Positions 31,747 through 45,900 of a stretch of DNA of 64,000 nt are shown piece by piece. The position numbers and the translations under genes were made by a program. How positions within the stretch are numbered: position 1 is the stretch's first letter; the number at the start of each line of letters is the position of its first letter. Source of the DNA: Iphione sp. A-MEVVRFRX5. Taxonomy: Eukaryota. The stretch is taken from contig OZ320314.1 of NCBI GenBank assembly GCA_976226885.1, forward strand, positions 35,836,001-35,900,000. The letters run 5' to 3'. The notes beneath the pieces are model-generated. The model saw nothing but the letters and a program-made list of their open reading frames with translations, was not told where the DNA came from and did no database searches.

Positions 31747-34700
31747 CAAAGCATGCCATGAAATGTATGCCTAACAACTAAGATGCTGGTACTAAGAATA
31801 CATTTCTCAAGAAGCCCACATTTAAGTACCTCATGAAAACTGGCGGGAGGGAAATTCTAGCATCATAACCACAGGCGCTCGTGAGTCATTCTACCGGTAG
31901 GGTGGTAATAAAATATACATATGACACATACGTAACGACATAGATCTGCGACTGACTCAGGCGGGGGATGTATCGTTAGGGGAGCGTGTAATACACCAGT
32001 ACATGTGTGAGGTCCGTGTGTGTCTCACTAACAAGGGTTGCGTGATCCGGGTTGTGACGAGGTATAAAATGTATACATGTATATAAATGTGTGTTTCCCT
32101 CCCTGCCTTTAAAGGTGAATTCTCCGTGAAGCACAGCGTATGCCTGATCTAGGGGACAGATGAAGTGATTAGTCTAACTTTGCGCCATAGCAAGTCAGGG
32201 CTATGCGAGAATGTAGGCGCGTCCCCCAGGTGGAATTACGAGAATCAAGCGTCGGTAATGAGCTGAGAGACAAGGGAATTAGGCGCCGATTTGGGGACTT
32301 TACTGTTCACACGTCACAAAAGCCCTGGACGGATTAACCTCCAATATTATTGCTCTAACTCGGTCCGAGTATTTCCTGTGGTGGTAATTAGGCTGGGAAG
32401 ATTGGTCTAAATTAGCGGGCATCTATTATTCGTTCAGGACTGCCGTCCGCCAGTGGGGCCGGTGGATCCCACTGGGATAATTATGGTTCTGGAGGAACGG
32501 CGTGGACATTAGGTTGGTCTCGGCGGACCATCTGAGTGGTCAGCTGGACGCCTGCTGAGGTAGTCCGTCACAGCACGCACACGGCCGAAGGGGGCGGAAA
32601 TTGTAGGAGGCCATGGACGTCTGAGCAGGAGTCAGCTGACCGACGCTTGACCATCGGTGTGTGTGTCTTAGTATGCACGGTCACAGAGGACAGCGCCACG
32701 GTCCCAGAGCCACGTGCTGATAGATTGGAGTACATCCTCAATTAGAGCCACCCCCCAGTCATTACCAGCCTGTATTGGCCCGATCAGGACCACTTCAGTC
32801 GGACTAAGCGAGGAGCAGTCTGCTGCCGAATGACCACCATAAGACAAATGGGAAGGAAGCGACTGGACTCAACCAACATAGCATTGTGAATTATCGCCCC
32901 CGCTGTAATGAAGTGCTCGCATTGAGTACTCGGATTGCCGAGGATTTTAACTCTTCCCGCCTTGATGGATCACGGCGACTCTGGTCATCCTGGGCATTAA
33001 GGGGGCCTATCGAATTCGCCGATAGCAAACAGTGAGTCATGCGGCATGTTGGTTTAACATCACATGAATTACAATCCCGGACGTTGACCTTTTCTCCCTT
33101 CAGCTTTCTCCCTCTGTACGGTGGTCCCTCTAAAATGCGTCCCTCTCTTCATATTATCACAACACAGGTCCATATATATTTCCATCTGGGCATATGTCAT
33201 GGTAAAGGAATGAGAGGCGGCGAAAGTATTTCAATTTGTGGGAAAGGCTCTTTTTATTTCTACGTAGGTGTATATGAATGAGAGTAGTCTCCCGCGGGAA
33301 CAAAGTGGATAGCTTTCACCAAACGTAGTCCCTTTTTTTGACAAACATCTATTCATTTGTTGGTCCCGCTTTGTCCAAACATGAACTAAGTCCTATTAAG
33401 GGGCAGTGGACATGATGTCGCCTGGTGTTCGCGTGTCCCGCCTATGGCAGTCTGATCCTCACCAATTGCCTCTCAGATAACGGTAGTGTCTGGCGACCCA
33501 TACAGGAGTTATTCAATTGTGTGATTGCGTGTAGGTTGCAGCCATCACCGTTATGGCAGCGTAGGTGGGTCTATTGATGGCGAGGTGGTAGTTTGTAGGC
33601 GACCGCCTGCCTATTCACCTTGCTACTTCTCCATAGACCTGACCACCAGGATTTAGTGCAGTACAGAACCTTTCCAAGGCTGTTTCGAAATTACTTCTAC
33701 TGGGTACTAACAATTTCAATACCCACATGTGTCACGCGGTTATCCAACTTAATTAATTCGGTTATATCTTTAAAATAAAGATCAACTACATGAACTCAGA
33801 AGGACATACTAATTTCATCTTCCCAGAAGCGGCATCGTACCCTGGATTACTGAAAGGCTTGAGTAGTATACTGGAATGACTCATTGCTCCAGGGTATTAA
33901 GGAAGACCGTGAATCTGTTAAAGTAATGCTGGTCATTATCGATGAAAGGGCAACAGTATGCATGAAGCCTGTGGATCACTTTATGATTAGGCCAGTAATA
34001 AATCTACATCAGGGATCGTCCGGCTCCCGTGTGGCCTAGTGAGGTGTTCACATGTGGCGGGCTAAATCTGCTTAGGCCTTGACCGAATGATCGGCAGAAT
34101 TGGTATGGTATCGTTGTAGCACCGTCGTTTCACATGGGGGAAATTGGTGGGGGATCAGGGATGGGACAGATATCCTGCACCGACCGGAAGTTCACCGGGA
34201 GGTCAGTGCGTAGCGCTAGCCGGCTAATCCGTACACTGATATACAAGGTTGGATGCACCCTTTTATCCATCTTTATTAGATTTGAAAGTCCTGAATCACA
34301 TACGACACACACCCATCCTGCCCACGAAAACCTGGTCATCGAATGAAATTGCCAAGCTTTTCGAAACGGAAGTAATGTGCATAATCCTCTGGAATATCAT
34401 GCTTTTTATAGCAACCGAAGCTAGTTTGGGTTTGAATAAGATGTCTGGTCTTTTCATAATAGACCAGAAATATGGAGACAACAATCGTGAATGTGATTAC
34501 AGCAGCCATGTAATAAAATGTTATGAAACGAATAATCCGGACTTACCTAAATGGGTATAGATAGCATCTTCTAGAGAGTGAAGAGGTCTATACCGTCAAA
34601 ATTTATGATTGCTATAATCACTCTTTTGTAACACTGCGAAAGATATATCACCTGTGTCTAATCCTGTTCAGCAGGTCCAATCTGAATGCTGCCATATAAT

Positions 34701-37700
34701 CTTTTATAGTTGATCTGGCGTCTTTACACTCCGAGTAATACGCACACTCGTGTTCACGCTGTTGTGCCCCTCAACAAGTGGTTGAAGCCAGTTTGTCTAT
34801 TGTGACCTTATTAATTGGCTTGGTATTAGCATTAAGGGGAGAAAAGGACGGCGCTAGAGGGCGTGACCACTGCAGGTATGTGATCTGTGTGTAGGAGGTG
34901 CTTCTGGCGACTCAGGCGGTCTAATGGGCCGCCTTATGCCATCTGTTCAGCGTCTGCTGTGGCATCGGAGAGGAAGTGGCCAATATCATTGCCATGCAGT
35001 CCATCCTGGCGCCCGCCCTGCCTGCTTGTCGCCCTGTGCCGGACACTTGATTGCCTCGCGCAACTCGAGAGGCAGTCACTGGTCATCAGCAATCAAAACA
35101 GCGCCCTTCTGTTCACAACAGCCGGCAAGTAGCTTCAGCTTGTGAATGCCCAGTGATTGATAGGGGGCGCCGCCGGTCGAATCCAAGGGTCCCCTACGGC
35201 GCTTTATTCTCACATGGACTACTCGCCGTTAAGACCCTTCGAGGCTAAGTCTGCAGGGAAAAAAATCTGGAATCTGCGAAGGTCAATTCCTCAGCTCGGA
35301 CAGCAATTGCGGCTAACGGAAATAATGCAGTATAGTAGGTCCTGGGGGAGTCTGAGGGGATGTGTCATTGTTTCCTTGTCACAGCCCTGACGCCCCCTTT
35401 GTGTGGGATTCTTCTGAGAACTAAGCCGGGGCTGCTAAATCTTACAGGATGGATGGCATGGTACCGTGACTCCACTTGTGGAAGACAAATGAAATTGTGC
35501 TCGCCCTGACGCGATCGCTTCTCTTACTGAACCGGGAAAGATGTATTCAGCCTTTCGTCGGAAGGATTCTCACCGTCTTGGCCGAAGGGGCCTCTCTTGC
35601 TTGATGGTCAGTTTACGGCCGGTTGCCCCACTCGAGACCGGATCTTGTTTTATCATCGTTATCTCGTTATGTTGTCCACGCTTGCCGAACATCCCCCCTT
35701 CGGATGAAGCCAACCCTGTGCGGATGCCATAGCTCCATGGCGGAGGCCATAGAACTCCCTCTCAGCTAACCTGGCTACCGTCTACGGCTGTCCTAGCGAT
35801 GGAAGGATCTAGTGCATGGGGGATGCATCCTCTCTGGGTCGCCCCGCACTTTCCAGCAAGGGCCCGTTGATATTCAGTCTCCAGTCCCCTGTCAGCACCT
35901 CTGACCGGTAGAAGCCGCAGAAATAGGGTGTTTTATTACAACCAACGGCCAATTTCTGTAGGTGCCACCCATGTTGACTAGGCGAACAGACGTGACCGCC
36001 CTGCAAAATGCGCCAGCCGGCTTCTTAATCAAAATCTGACCATTCTGACCGTCGACGGTGCTTCGACCACGGTCAACACTAGCCCTTTCGGGGCGTCAGT
36101 GGCGGCGGTCCGGATGTTGCTGGCATGTATTTAATTTGCAGTGCGTCGGATTTGATTCTGGATAACTAGATTCTTTTCGCTCGTGCTTGTCCGCTGTTAT
36201 GCGATATGGCACCTAGGCATATGGGGTATGCTACGTGTTTGGAGAGGACTTCAATGCGGCATTGGATGAGCTGAATAACAATCATTCCAAGATTTTGAGT
36301 AGTGATACAAAATCCTCCAACAGTTGTAAGGGTTCTGCTTGTGGAAAAATGTTCTCTAAGTAAATCTTGCACAAACTAATTTGTTTTAACAGGCACAAAA
36401 TATCATTTAATGGAGGACTGAAGCCAGATTACAGAACTCAGATGATCCGAGTATCTTGAAGCCATATCGTGCCAAGTGGCCGCACAACTGCCCTTCTTTG
36501 TCACATGCAGCAGTCGGCACCGTCCTCGCGATGTCATTTGCGATGCAGGCACAGTCCACTTCCTGTCAGCTGAATGACCATTGGCTGACAATTAGTGCTC
36601 GTTAGGGCCGATCAAATGATGAGCTGGAGATTGGTGTGGGACGAAGGCGCTTTGTGTTTGGGCCTCCTCACTCCCCTTCACATGCTTTGTGTCCCTCCAA
36701 GGGATGGCACCCGGGCTTTAAAGTGGCTTCTGTAAGAAGCCATCCCTCAAGGATATTCAGCAATGGCTTCAGCGATCCATCTGTTACCGGACCTCAATCA
36801 ATGACGTTTTCAACACATAATGGGTCTTTTCCGTTTTTCAGTGACTCCGCAATAAGCTATGTTTTGTTTTCGCATTATTACAGAAATTATTCTTTTCACT
36901 CCAATTTAAATACAGAGAGAAATATTAATTCGAAAAAAAGCGCCCGATATGTTCCCAATTGCAAGCAGTGCCTTCCACGAAGAATGGCACACTATCTCGA
37001 TATACATTTATGATGCTGACATCAAGATGCTACTACTGGTTTTCCAAGAGGCGTTTTCTAGGGTGATCAATATGTTTCTACATAAACCAAATTGTTTACG
37101 ATATTACGATGCATCGCTAAAAAGGCCACCCAGCAGGTGGTCCATTTGTCATTGCTCCTAGTGATTAGGACTCAATAGTTAAATATATTTACTGAGAGCA
37201 GTGACCTTTCGGAGAGCGCTCACGACTTGAGATTCCCATCTGATATAACCACTGCGGTAGGCGAGGGAAAATGTCGGCGCCGGCTACCACCTCCACGAAG
37301 CCTTGCTGCTAGCAATGATCAACAATGACATGCACGTGCAGGTCATCACCACTCCCTCCAGTGTCCATGATTGGCCGTCGACGGTTCCGCATGCAGAAAT
37401 ATACCGGGAAGTGGACATTCCGTCCGTGAACGTGTTCCCCGGTCTCCTGACGGTCCGCTGTCTTGCCCGCTCACACCCACCAGCCTTCCTGACAAAATAC
37501 CATAGCAGCTACCTCTCTCCTGGAAAGGCGCTGCCCTTTTCGGCGCCTGCTTCAACTACTACCCCAGCACTCGTTCCCCGCCCCACCCACTCTCTCCCCT
37601 ACTCCTGGTCGGAGGAGGATTTATTGGCCACACTGGCAGCATGGCTGATTGCCCTGAGTGCCACATTTCGCGGCACTGACCTCTTGGTCTGGTGATTCAC

Positions 37701-40700
37701 TTTACCACTGAACGGCCATTACCTATGTGCCCCCGGCCTGTCTCGCCAGTGGCAAGTTAGTTATCCATTGAAGTCTTGAGTTTATGTAAACTTCACAGCC
37801 ACCGCGATAAAGAAAATCAAATAAAAACGAGCCTAGTAAACTATCAGGTCTATGAAAAAGGCGATAAGGCGAGGAGGAAAGAACAAGAAAGAAATGAAGT
37901 GGCCGTGGTCCTTTGGGAGAACGTTCTTCTTGTGTTGTACGCTCTCTGTCCAAGATGGGATACCACATCCAAAGACGTCCCTAGGCCATACCACGATAGG
38001 CGGTTCGATACCGTTACGCATTGCGATCTTTATCGCATATATTAAGCCCTTGTCCTGGACGCTGAAGCTGATAATAAAGGTCACGCCAGAATGCTTTTAG
38101 ATCAGAGATTTATTGGGCTTGACTTGCCTCGAGTATGATACCCCGCAAGTGGCATCTTATCAAGGATGATTGGCAACCTGCTACCGTTACCTTCACGATC
38201 GCTTAGACTGCAGTTATAGGACATCTTCATTTAACATGCTCCCAAAGATAGATGTAAGATGTCCTTATGCATAACCTGCAAGGTATAGCTAAGATCATCC
38301 CTTTTAAAAGTGTCCTGTCGTCGTCGTGCTGTCTAATGTCAACGACGCTTTCTTTGTCTTTTATGGCTTACTTGTAAGCGACCGCTTACTTGCAATATTG
38401 CTTACTTGCAATATAACTTATAGGCGTGAGTCAGTCAGAAGCTGTTGTGGTCGATTAATGAAAGTTCAGCAGGTGTGCCCGCATCCCATGATGAGGCAAT
38501 TTAGCATCGCATGGGAATCCTGTGTTTAATCAAAGGATGTCCGCATGCCATGATATTGATAGGCATACTCTTCAAACAGTTTTATGCCATTATGCCATCA
38601 TAACTTTTAATAATGCAGTGAACCTTCCATGACCTGTCCGAGTTCGCGGTCAACCAAGGTAGAATATTGGTTGAGGTATCGAACACTGTAATTAATTGAT
38701 GCTGATCTTCGAAGATAGGATGCTGGTTGACCTTTGAAGTTCAACATTGAATCGGAGAACGGATACGTTAACGCTATAAGCTATTGAAGAGAAAGAATCT
38801 CGAAAAAAAGCACTATAAGTCAAATAATGTTTTGGAGGGAAGGTTTGGCTGTTTTCTCGGCAAGCCATTCTTATCATTAAATAAACTCGAGATCGAATAA
38901 TGGAGATAATATCGAATCCATTACAGCGCTTACCGTCATATACAAGGTACTCCTCCGGCTTTCTTGAGGGATGGAAACTGTGTGAAGAGATAAGAGGGAA
39001 GCCATCGTGGCGCCAGAACAAAAGTTCAACGATCGTGCTGATAAGACTGGCTACGCCCCCTGGATCACATTTTTCAGTAGATTTATGGGCCCGACGTTCT
39101 CTTTAACTCAGATGCCATTCGTCTTGAGGAAACACGCAGCTACATATTAAACGGCGCTGCTGTTTGGATCAGTCTATTGCCTCAAACCTAAGCCGCAGTA
39201 CAAGATGTCTTTCATTAATGGCGCATTAGTTTTGCACCATTCATTACTAAGCTGAACTCAGAGAAGCGCAGGGAAAACACCTTTACCAAGCAGTGTATTA
39301 GATTATTGAAATTGAATCTGAGCTACAAGGAAAAACGCCCGCACGCCATTAGATTGAATCCAGAATTAGCAGGGGTGGCTGCGAGAGAAATAGCAGTGTG
39401 TGCTGACGGCGACAAATGTGACGGGAGGGGCTGTTATCTGTAAATGACATTACAGTGCAGTGTATTAAGAAATGGACCATTAACAAAGTTGGTGCTCGTT
39501 TTTTTTGTCATTTGCTGATAGGCGAGAGAAAAGCGATGTAGACAACAGTATATAACCATCGCCTGGTCCAATGTGTTATACGCTAATATGACTATAGTTG
39601 TGTGATAAATACCTTCGGCACGAGAGGGTATGATGTCGATTTTAAGAAGTGGTTTGTCTGGATAAAGGCGATATCATTTTTAGCCGCAGTTTACTATTGA
39701 TTTCTAGAGACAATTATCGATGATGAACAAATAACGAGTCGCTGACTTTTTTTAAGCATTGTGATACGTGGATATGACAATCTCTTTGAAGATAATATGC
39801 AATGTGTTGAACAGGAAAGCCGTAGAAAGTGCGTTCATTTTTCTATAAAAAAACAAAAATAATCCTATCGTCACGAAGCATTTTATCTTTATAGTTGTGG
39901 AGAGGTACGTTAGCTGGTTCCACCAAACATTTAAAGAAACGCTGAAGAAGCTGGGGGTTATGAAAGCTTTTCAGTATATATTTATTAGTTCTATATTTTT
40001 CTGTCGTGTGTTTGTCCACACGGTTGACAGAGAATCACGTTTTCTTTATTCTTTCGTTGTTTTTAATTGGATATCGGAGAGCCCCGACCCGAAATAACTA
40101 ATGCATTCAGAATGGTAAACGATGAGGCAGAGAGTTATTCTGAAACCGCAACGCAGAATTGTATTTTTGCCCAGAATTGACCTCCCATTCTGGAGGCTGC
40201 ATAAATAATTGCTACCCGCTACTAAACAATGGCGCCTTGTCAGGGCCTTTATGATATCTTTGTCCACTTAGTTTGATCGGACGATAGACCGCGTTCATTA
40301 TTCTCATAAAGACTGTGCTTAGAGGGGGGGATTAATAGAAGTAGGCCACTCTTTAATCCGGCCATTCGAAGTCGAACCCTGTTGTAATCCTTCCCTTATG
40401 GTATTGATACGCCGCGCAGGCGCTGACGGGAGACCTACGCTTGGTAGCATATTATGAGGCTTATGGAGGAGCATGATAAACGGCGAAATCATCTCGTGCT
40501 ATCTTTTTCCTACCATTAATATTTGGACATTTGAAGCAATGCACAATATGGCCTGGGTTGAAAGTCTGCGCCTTTCGCTCTGTATGGAATTACAATTTGG
40601 TCGGAGGATGCAGGCAAATAACCAGAGTACATAATATGCATAGATACGGGACTTTCGTAACGCATGTAGCATAAATATTTGAACAAGGTTAAAAAAATAT

Positions 40701-42849
40701 TGTTCTGTGTGGATATGAGGTTTGTTTTCCAGCTTGAAAAGGCAGGCACAACTACTCATACATTAGTGATGATAGTTCTAGGGAATGCCGTTTGGGTTGG
40801 CCCAGCAACCAGTTAATAAAGCAGCTGGTTGGGTACATGTATTTCCCGGTCAGTCTTTAGTGTACATCCTATCCCTTTTGTGCATCGCAATTCAGCGTTC
40901 AGGGCACTGAATACTTTTCACTGACTGCGTAAAAGGCGTTTGGGGATACATGTATCTATGCGAACATATTTTCTGTTTAAATGCTAGACAGCGTGGGGAG
41001 CAGGATAAAGGTGGTGATTCAACAGGACACTAAACTTTCCCAGCTTAACCAGCTGAATGGGGAAGAGACTTTGACCTAGATATTTCTCACGGGGAAAGAG
41101 TCGCTCTGTGCGAGCAGCTCACCGAGTCAGATACTAAAGAACGCGTCGTCACAATGCACTGGCCAGAGGAGAGATCGAAGCCCGAGGGAAGTGGCTGGGT
41201 GTGGACTCAATGCTCGCCCATAGCACCCACCCCCGGTCACGGGGCTGTGCGTCCAGGCCAGGAGTGAGGGACGGCCGGAGGAGAGGGCCGCTAACACCAA
41301 AGGGCAACCTTACAATAATTTGATGTGCTCGGGCCATAAATCTGATAGCGAAACCCATTTCATTAACGACTTGGTGGACGCTGTGATAACCTATCCAAAG
41401 ACAGCGGTCATGCTTTTTATATCATGGGCACCCTTCCCAATGTGACATGCATAGAGGCCACGAGTATAAACTATTGACTGCAAGGGTGCAGGAAAAAGTC
41501 AGTTGCAGTCATTGGTTATTGCCATCTCGCAGATACCGACCGAAAGTGATAAAAGGCCACACAGGGAACTGCCAGGAGGGGAATATTTTAGACCTCACCT
41601 TCGTACGCTCGGTATAACATATCTTCATCATTCGCCGTTATTATTCTGCCACCAACAATATTTCTTTGCATTGAAAGCGTCGGCAGCTCCCCTCGATCAC
41701 AGCCGTTATTAACGTATAACTTCATATCACGGCGTTCCATCACACTATCAAATTTCTCATAACTCGTCCAAGAGCAATCCATATCGGCCGATAATTAAAA
41801 CAAATACAGGCCCCGGCTGCAGAAGTGTTTGAGGCGCACACTTGCTTACCAGGCGACGGATTCGTTGCAGCGAGGAACTCGATTGGTGCAAGCTGCCAGC
41901 TTTGTTCGGGTTGATTTTAACGCTGATCGATTATATGATTTTCACCACTGAACGACATCCACTTGTCAGCCGTGATGGGCGCTTGCACAAACGAGCACTA
42001 ACATGCAAGCGTCGCATCAGCATGTAACGTCCTTAATAAAACATGATGCTTGGTGATATAATAAGTAGCCCGCCTAGTCTTTCTGCGTCCTAAACAATAT
42101 TTGCTAAAAAAGGACATAATTCCCCTATTAGTAATTTTTGCCTCTGGTATGGACACTGTAATGGACTTTAAATTGACTTCACGTAAGACCACCTTATGTC
42201 TTTTCCGTGTCACTTAGATGCCATAGTCATGAATAAACTATTGTTCGCTTCATTTCAGGATGAGCTACACTGACAAAAAAAACCATCATTGCTGAAAAAA
42301 AGAGCCCGCGCTTCTGTTATATTCGTCGGTAAGTATAATTAAACATACATGTGCGTAATTGTGTCCATTATTCCAGTGGTGCAAGAAATACTTGAACATG
42401 GAAGTCGTCTTGGACATTAGAATTTTAGTGCGGAGGATCCCCAGGACCGTCCTCTTGAATAATCCATTGGCCCATGCATACCACCAAGTAATACACCATA
42501 AAGGTTCATATATTTGGCTTATCTTCATGGTTGGGTAAATTCGACACGTAGATGGTGGGAATATAAATGATGTTTATAGGAGTTTTCATGACAACATGAT
42601 ACATCATCAGCCATATTGGTAACTGTTCATGCTGCCATGAGGACACGTGTTGGGAGACAATGGCCGTCCCATTGGCGGCCTGCGGGGAAAGTATTGGAGG
42701 GTTCCACTCAAAGCGTGTAGCTCTGGCAGGGGCGGCTTTTGTCTAAAGCAGAACGGGAGGCCCCCAGGCGCCAGGTCAGGCATTGGACCGGGCCATTTGG
42801 TCTCTGACGCCTCAGCATGCTCTGATTAATATGAACGACAGGAGGTTTT

Positions 42850-42950
42850 GCTGTATGTGTATGTGTCTGTGTGTGTCTTTCAGTACTGGTATGTGAGCCC
42901 CTGTACGTATGTATGCATGCATGTGAGTTTATGCGTGTATGTATGTGTGT
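42850..42950. repeat. Imperfect (TG)/(TATG) low-complexity tract
   Basis: gtatgtgtatgtgtctgtgtgtgt ... gtatgtatgcatgcatgtg ... gtgtatgtatgtgtgt. Confidence 0.65.
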
Positions 42951-45900
42951 GGCCATTTTGGGATGCATTGACAGACTGTGCTGCTGGTTGTACGGGACAT
43001 AACCCCTCGCGGACACCTGTCCATCCTATACGGAACCATCTGCGGCATTCTGTCCGAGGATTCCACGCTAATAGGATCATTGCAATGTGGTTTAAACGGA
43101 TCACGGAAAACATCCGCCTGTATTGTCCATAATAGCTTTACATCAGTCGTGCCACACGACAACTAAGTGCCGATGTCCGATGGGTCAGCATAGTCCTCTA
43201 TGCTTAAGGGCGATTTTGGTCGATTGGTTTAACGATGGTGACATGCGACAGATTTTTAGGGCCGACAAAAATCATTCGCGGGAGAATATGGGAGCACAGG
43301 AATACTCCGATGCACAACACAATGTAATTATTGGCGTTTCGGTGGTAAGCTCATCCTTTTAGCTACCTGAAAGCGAAGATGAGTTTAAAGAATAAGGCAA
43401 TAATGCTTAAGCTGATTGTTCACTGGAGGCGTACATGGCGTTTATTTTGTCGAGGTCAGAAACTCTAGTATGCATCATTACAATATAGGTATGTGAACGA
43501 TGATAGGAAACCTGGAGGCATTGTTCTAAAATAGATATGCATTTCCAATAAAGGTACCAGTACACATGTGTAGACGGGGTTAATAAATGGTAAACTTTTA
43601 GAAAAGACCTGCTCGAAATAGGGAATTTCGATAGGTTGTTTTCCTGTAGCGTTTCCTTTTCACGCGTTTTGCCTACCCCAGGGAGCCTGCCAAATTTAAC
43701 GTAAAGGACTTTCAATTAGAGTTTTTACTGTCTCACCTACATCAGTTATGTGAAGTAGACGTCTGCTGCAAAGTATGCTTGTTTTATGCCAGCTAGAGAT
43801 GAAAGAGTAAACGCATTGTGCAGACCATTAGTGGCATTCCTGAAAGAATGTACCCCGAGAAACGTAGACAATAGCTGTCTCCAAGACGAAACTGGATATG
43901 GGCATTGTCAAGACAGCGCGGCGCTGACTAGCGACTGAAGACCTATAGGCAGTAACTGGACGTTAGTAAGAAGCCGACCTGCCTCGGCTTTTGAAGGAGG
44001 GCAACTAGCCGTTCAAGGCACCAACACCTTTAATCTTGCCAAACTGTCGTCCATCAAAGAACCCACCTGACTGTGTGCGGCCAGATTGCCGGAGGGCCTG
44101 CAACATTGTACTGGTGGCGAGCGTGGTAGGCCGGTTCGCTCCTGCTGTGCCCGTTGCTTTACAGCCCTGCAGGTCGCCACAAGCAGCCATCACACATGCC
44201 CCCCCCCCCGCCTTCGTCCGGACATGGTCTGGAGGCCGCCTCCAAGACCGTTGTAAAATAGTCGGTCGACTTGGTATCTTTGAAAAGGGAGCAAAGGCAA
44301 GCCAAGTCCTAAGTGTTTCTTTTGTTCATGCCTATAGACCACTATGTGATTGCAATCGGCCCAAGGTGTTAATCATTTTGAGGATTAGATCGGTGGATAA
44401 CCCACCCAATGTTAATTAGCGAAGAATAACGATAGTTAATTACCTTTCGTTGTGGGTGTGTAATCGCGTGTATTATTTTTACTATGAAATTCCTGAAAAT
44501 ATATAGATTTACAGTGTATTATGAACTGAATAGTATACTGAAACACAGTTGATCAATTTTTCCATTTACATATGCGCACAGTGTTATTCGTGTGAATTAA
44601 TATGGTTTGGTAGCAAGTTCAGTAACAGTGAATATTGTACTGAAGAAAACGATAAATCAGGCAGGGTTCAGCGTGCGTCTACTCTTTATCTTTATAATGC
44701 GTACCAGCTTCCGCTAAAGATGGAGCTTATATTCACCCAGTAAGTCGGGACTGGTGTTCAAAGAACCCTAGACTAGAGGATCATTGGAGCATATTAATTC
44801 CCCGACTCATTCGCCTCTCCTGTTGTCAAAAGCAGCACTCGTCAGCGCTTCATATACATATAGACCAGTGATGAGGGACTATTTCCCAATGTATAATTAC
44901 GTACATTGAGGGACAGTTTATATGATATATGCATACACGTGTTTGCAAAGCCCATGAGTGAGAGATCCTCACAGAGCATCCAGTATTCATGCGAAATACA
45001 TGTATTCGCAATCTACTTTGTAAATGGATGCACTGTCAACCATAAGCGTAAAACGTCAGCGCAGGCATAGCTCTATCAACTTTCCATGGCTGCTGTGGAT
45101 CTTTCTCCTAGCAGTTCCCTAGAGGTCTCCGCCGTCTCCTTTCTAGCTTGTTGGGGGAGGCGCATCACATGTTAACCGCAGCCCGCCCAGCAAGGTCAAT
45201 GGGGGAGGCGGTAACAGCACCGGGGTAGGAGGCTCGACGGCGACCGGGAGGAGTCAGTCAGTAGTACACACGAGTAGGATACGAGAGCAGCTCAGAGTCA
45301 CTCTCGCACGGCAAGACCGCGCGGCTCTGGCCGACTCACCGCTCTTCTGCATTATGAAATGGCTGTTATGGCCGCCAGCCACCCGAGGGGATGGGCTTAT
45401 ACCACTTCGCGCCTATCTACTAGGAGGTATATTCAGCCCAGCAGCTATGCTCATGGAAGCGGTGTCTTCTCGCACTCATCGCTCACGCCCTACATGTAAT
45501 GCGCCCGACTCCAGTGGCTACCACATAGTGATCAGCCACTGATGATAGGCCGTGGAAACAGCGCCGGGGGCCCGCCACTACGGCGTTCACCTTCTCCACT
45601 TCCGCCTACGCCTTATTGGCCGACACTTCTCCATTTTCCTCATATTACCCCTGCCCGGCCGGCCCGGTGGAAGTTCCGTTGCTGGGCTGTGGTGGCTGGC
45701 CGCCGTCACCACCGCCCGCTACAACGTATACATCCGGCTAACCTTTCCGCTTTGGCTGGGTGGCCATGCCAACAGCCACCAAAGACCAACGCGAGCGCAC
45801 GGCAGCAGCCGCCTGAGCGGCGATGGGGGTGGCGGTAGCAATGCCGGCGTAAGCTCCGCCAGCCGACTGAAGAAGTCCCGCATCATCTGCCGCTCAGTTA

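Noticed and set aside
35860-35960. Minus-strand FCGFYRSEVLTGDW resembling APE YRPP/GDFN motifs
   Set aside because: Spacing between the motifs is far too short; likely chance.
37985-38010. GGTTCGATACC B-box-like motif (tRNA or SINE)
   Set aside because: No properly spaced A-box and no cloverleaf.
41588-41782. YEKFDSV resembling the RT KAFDSV motif
   Set aside because: No downstream PQG or YADD motifs found.
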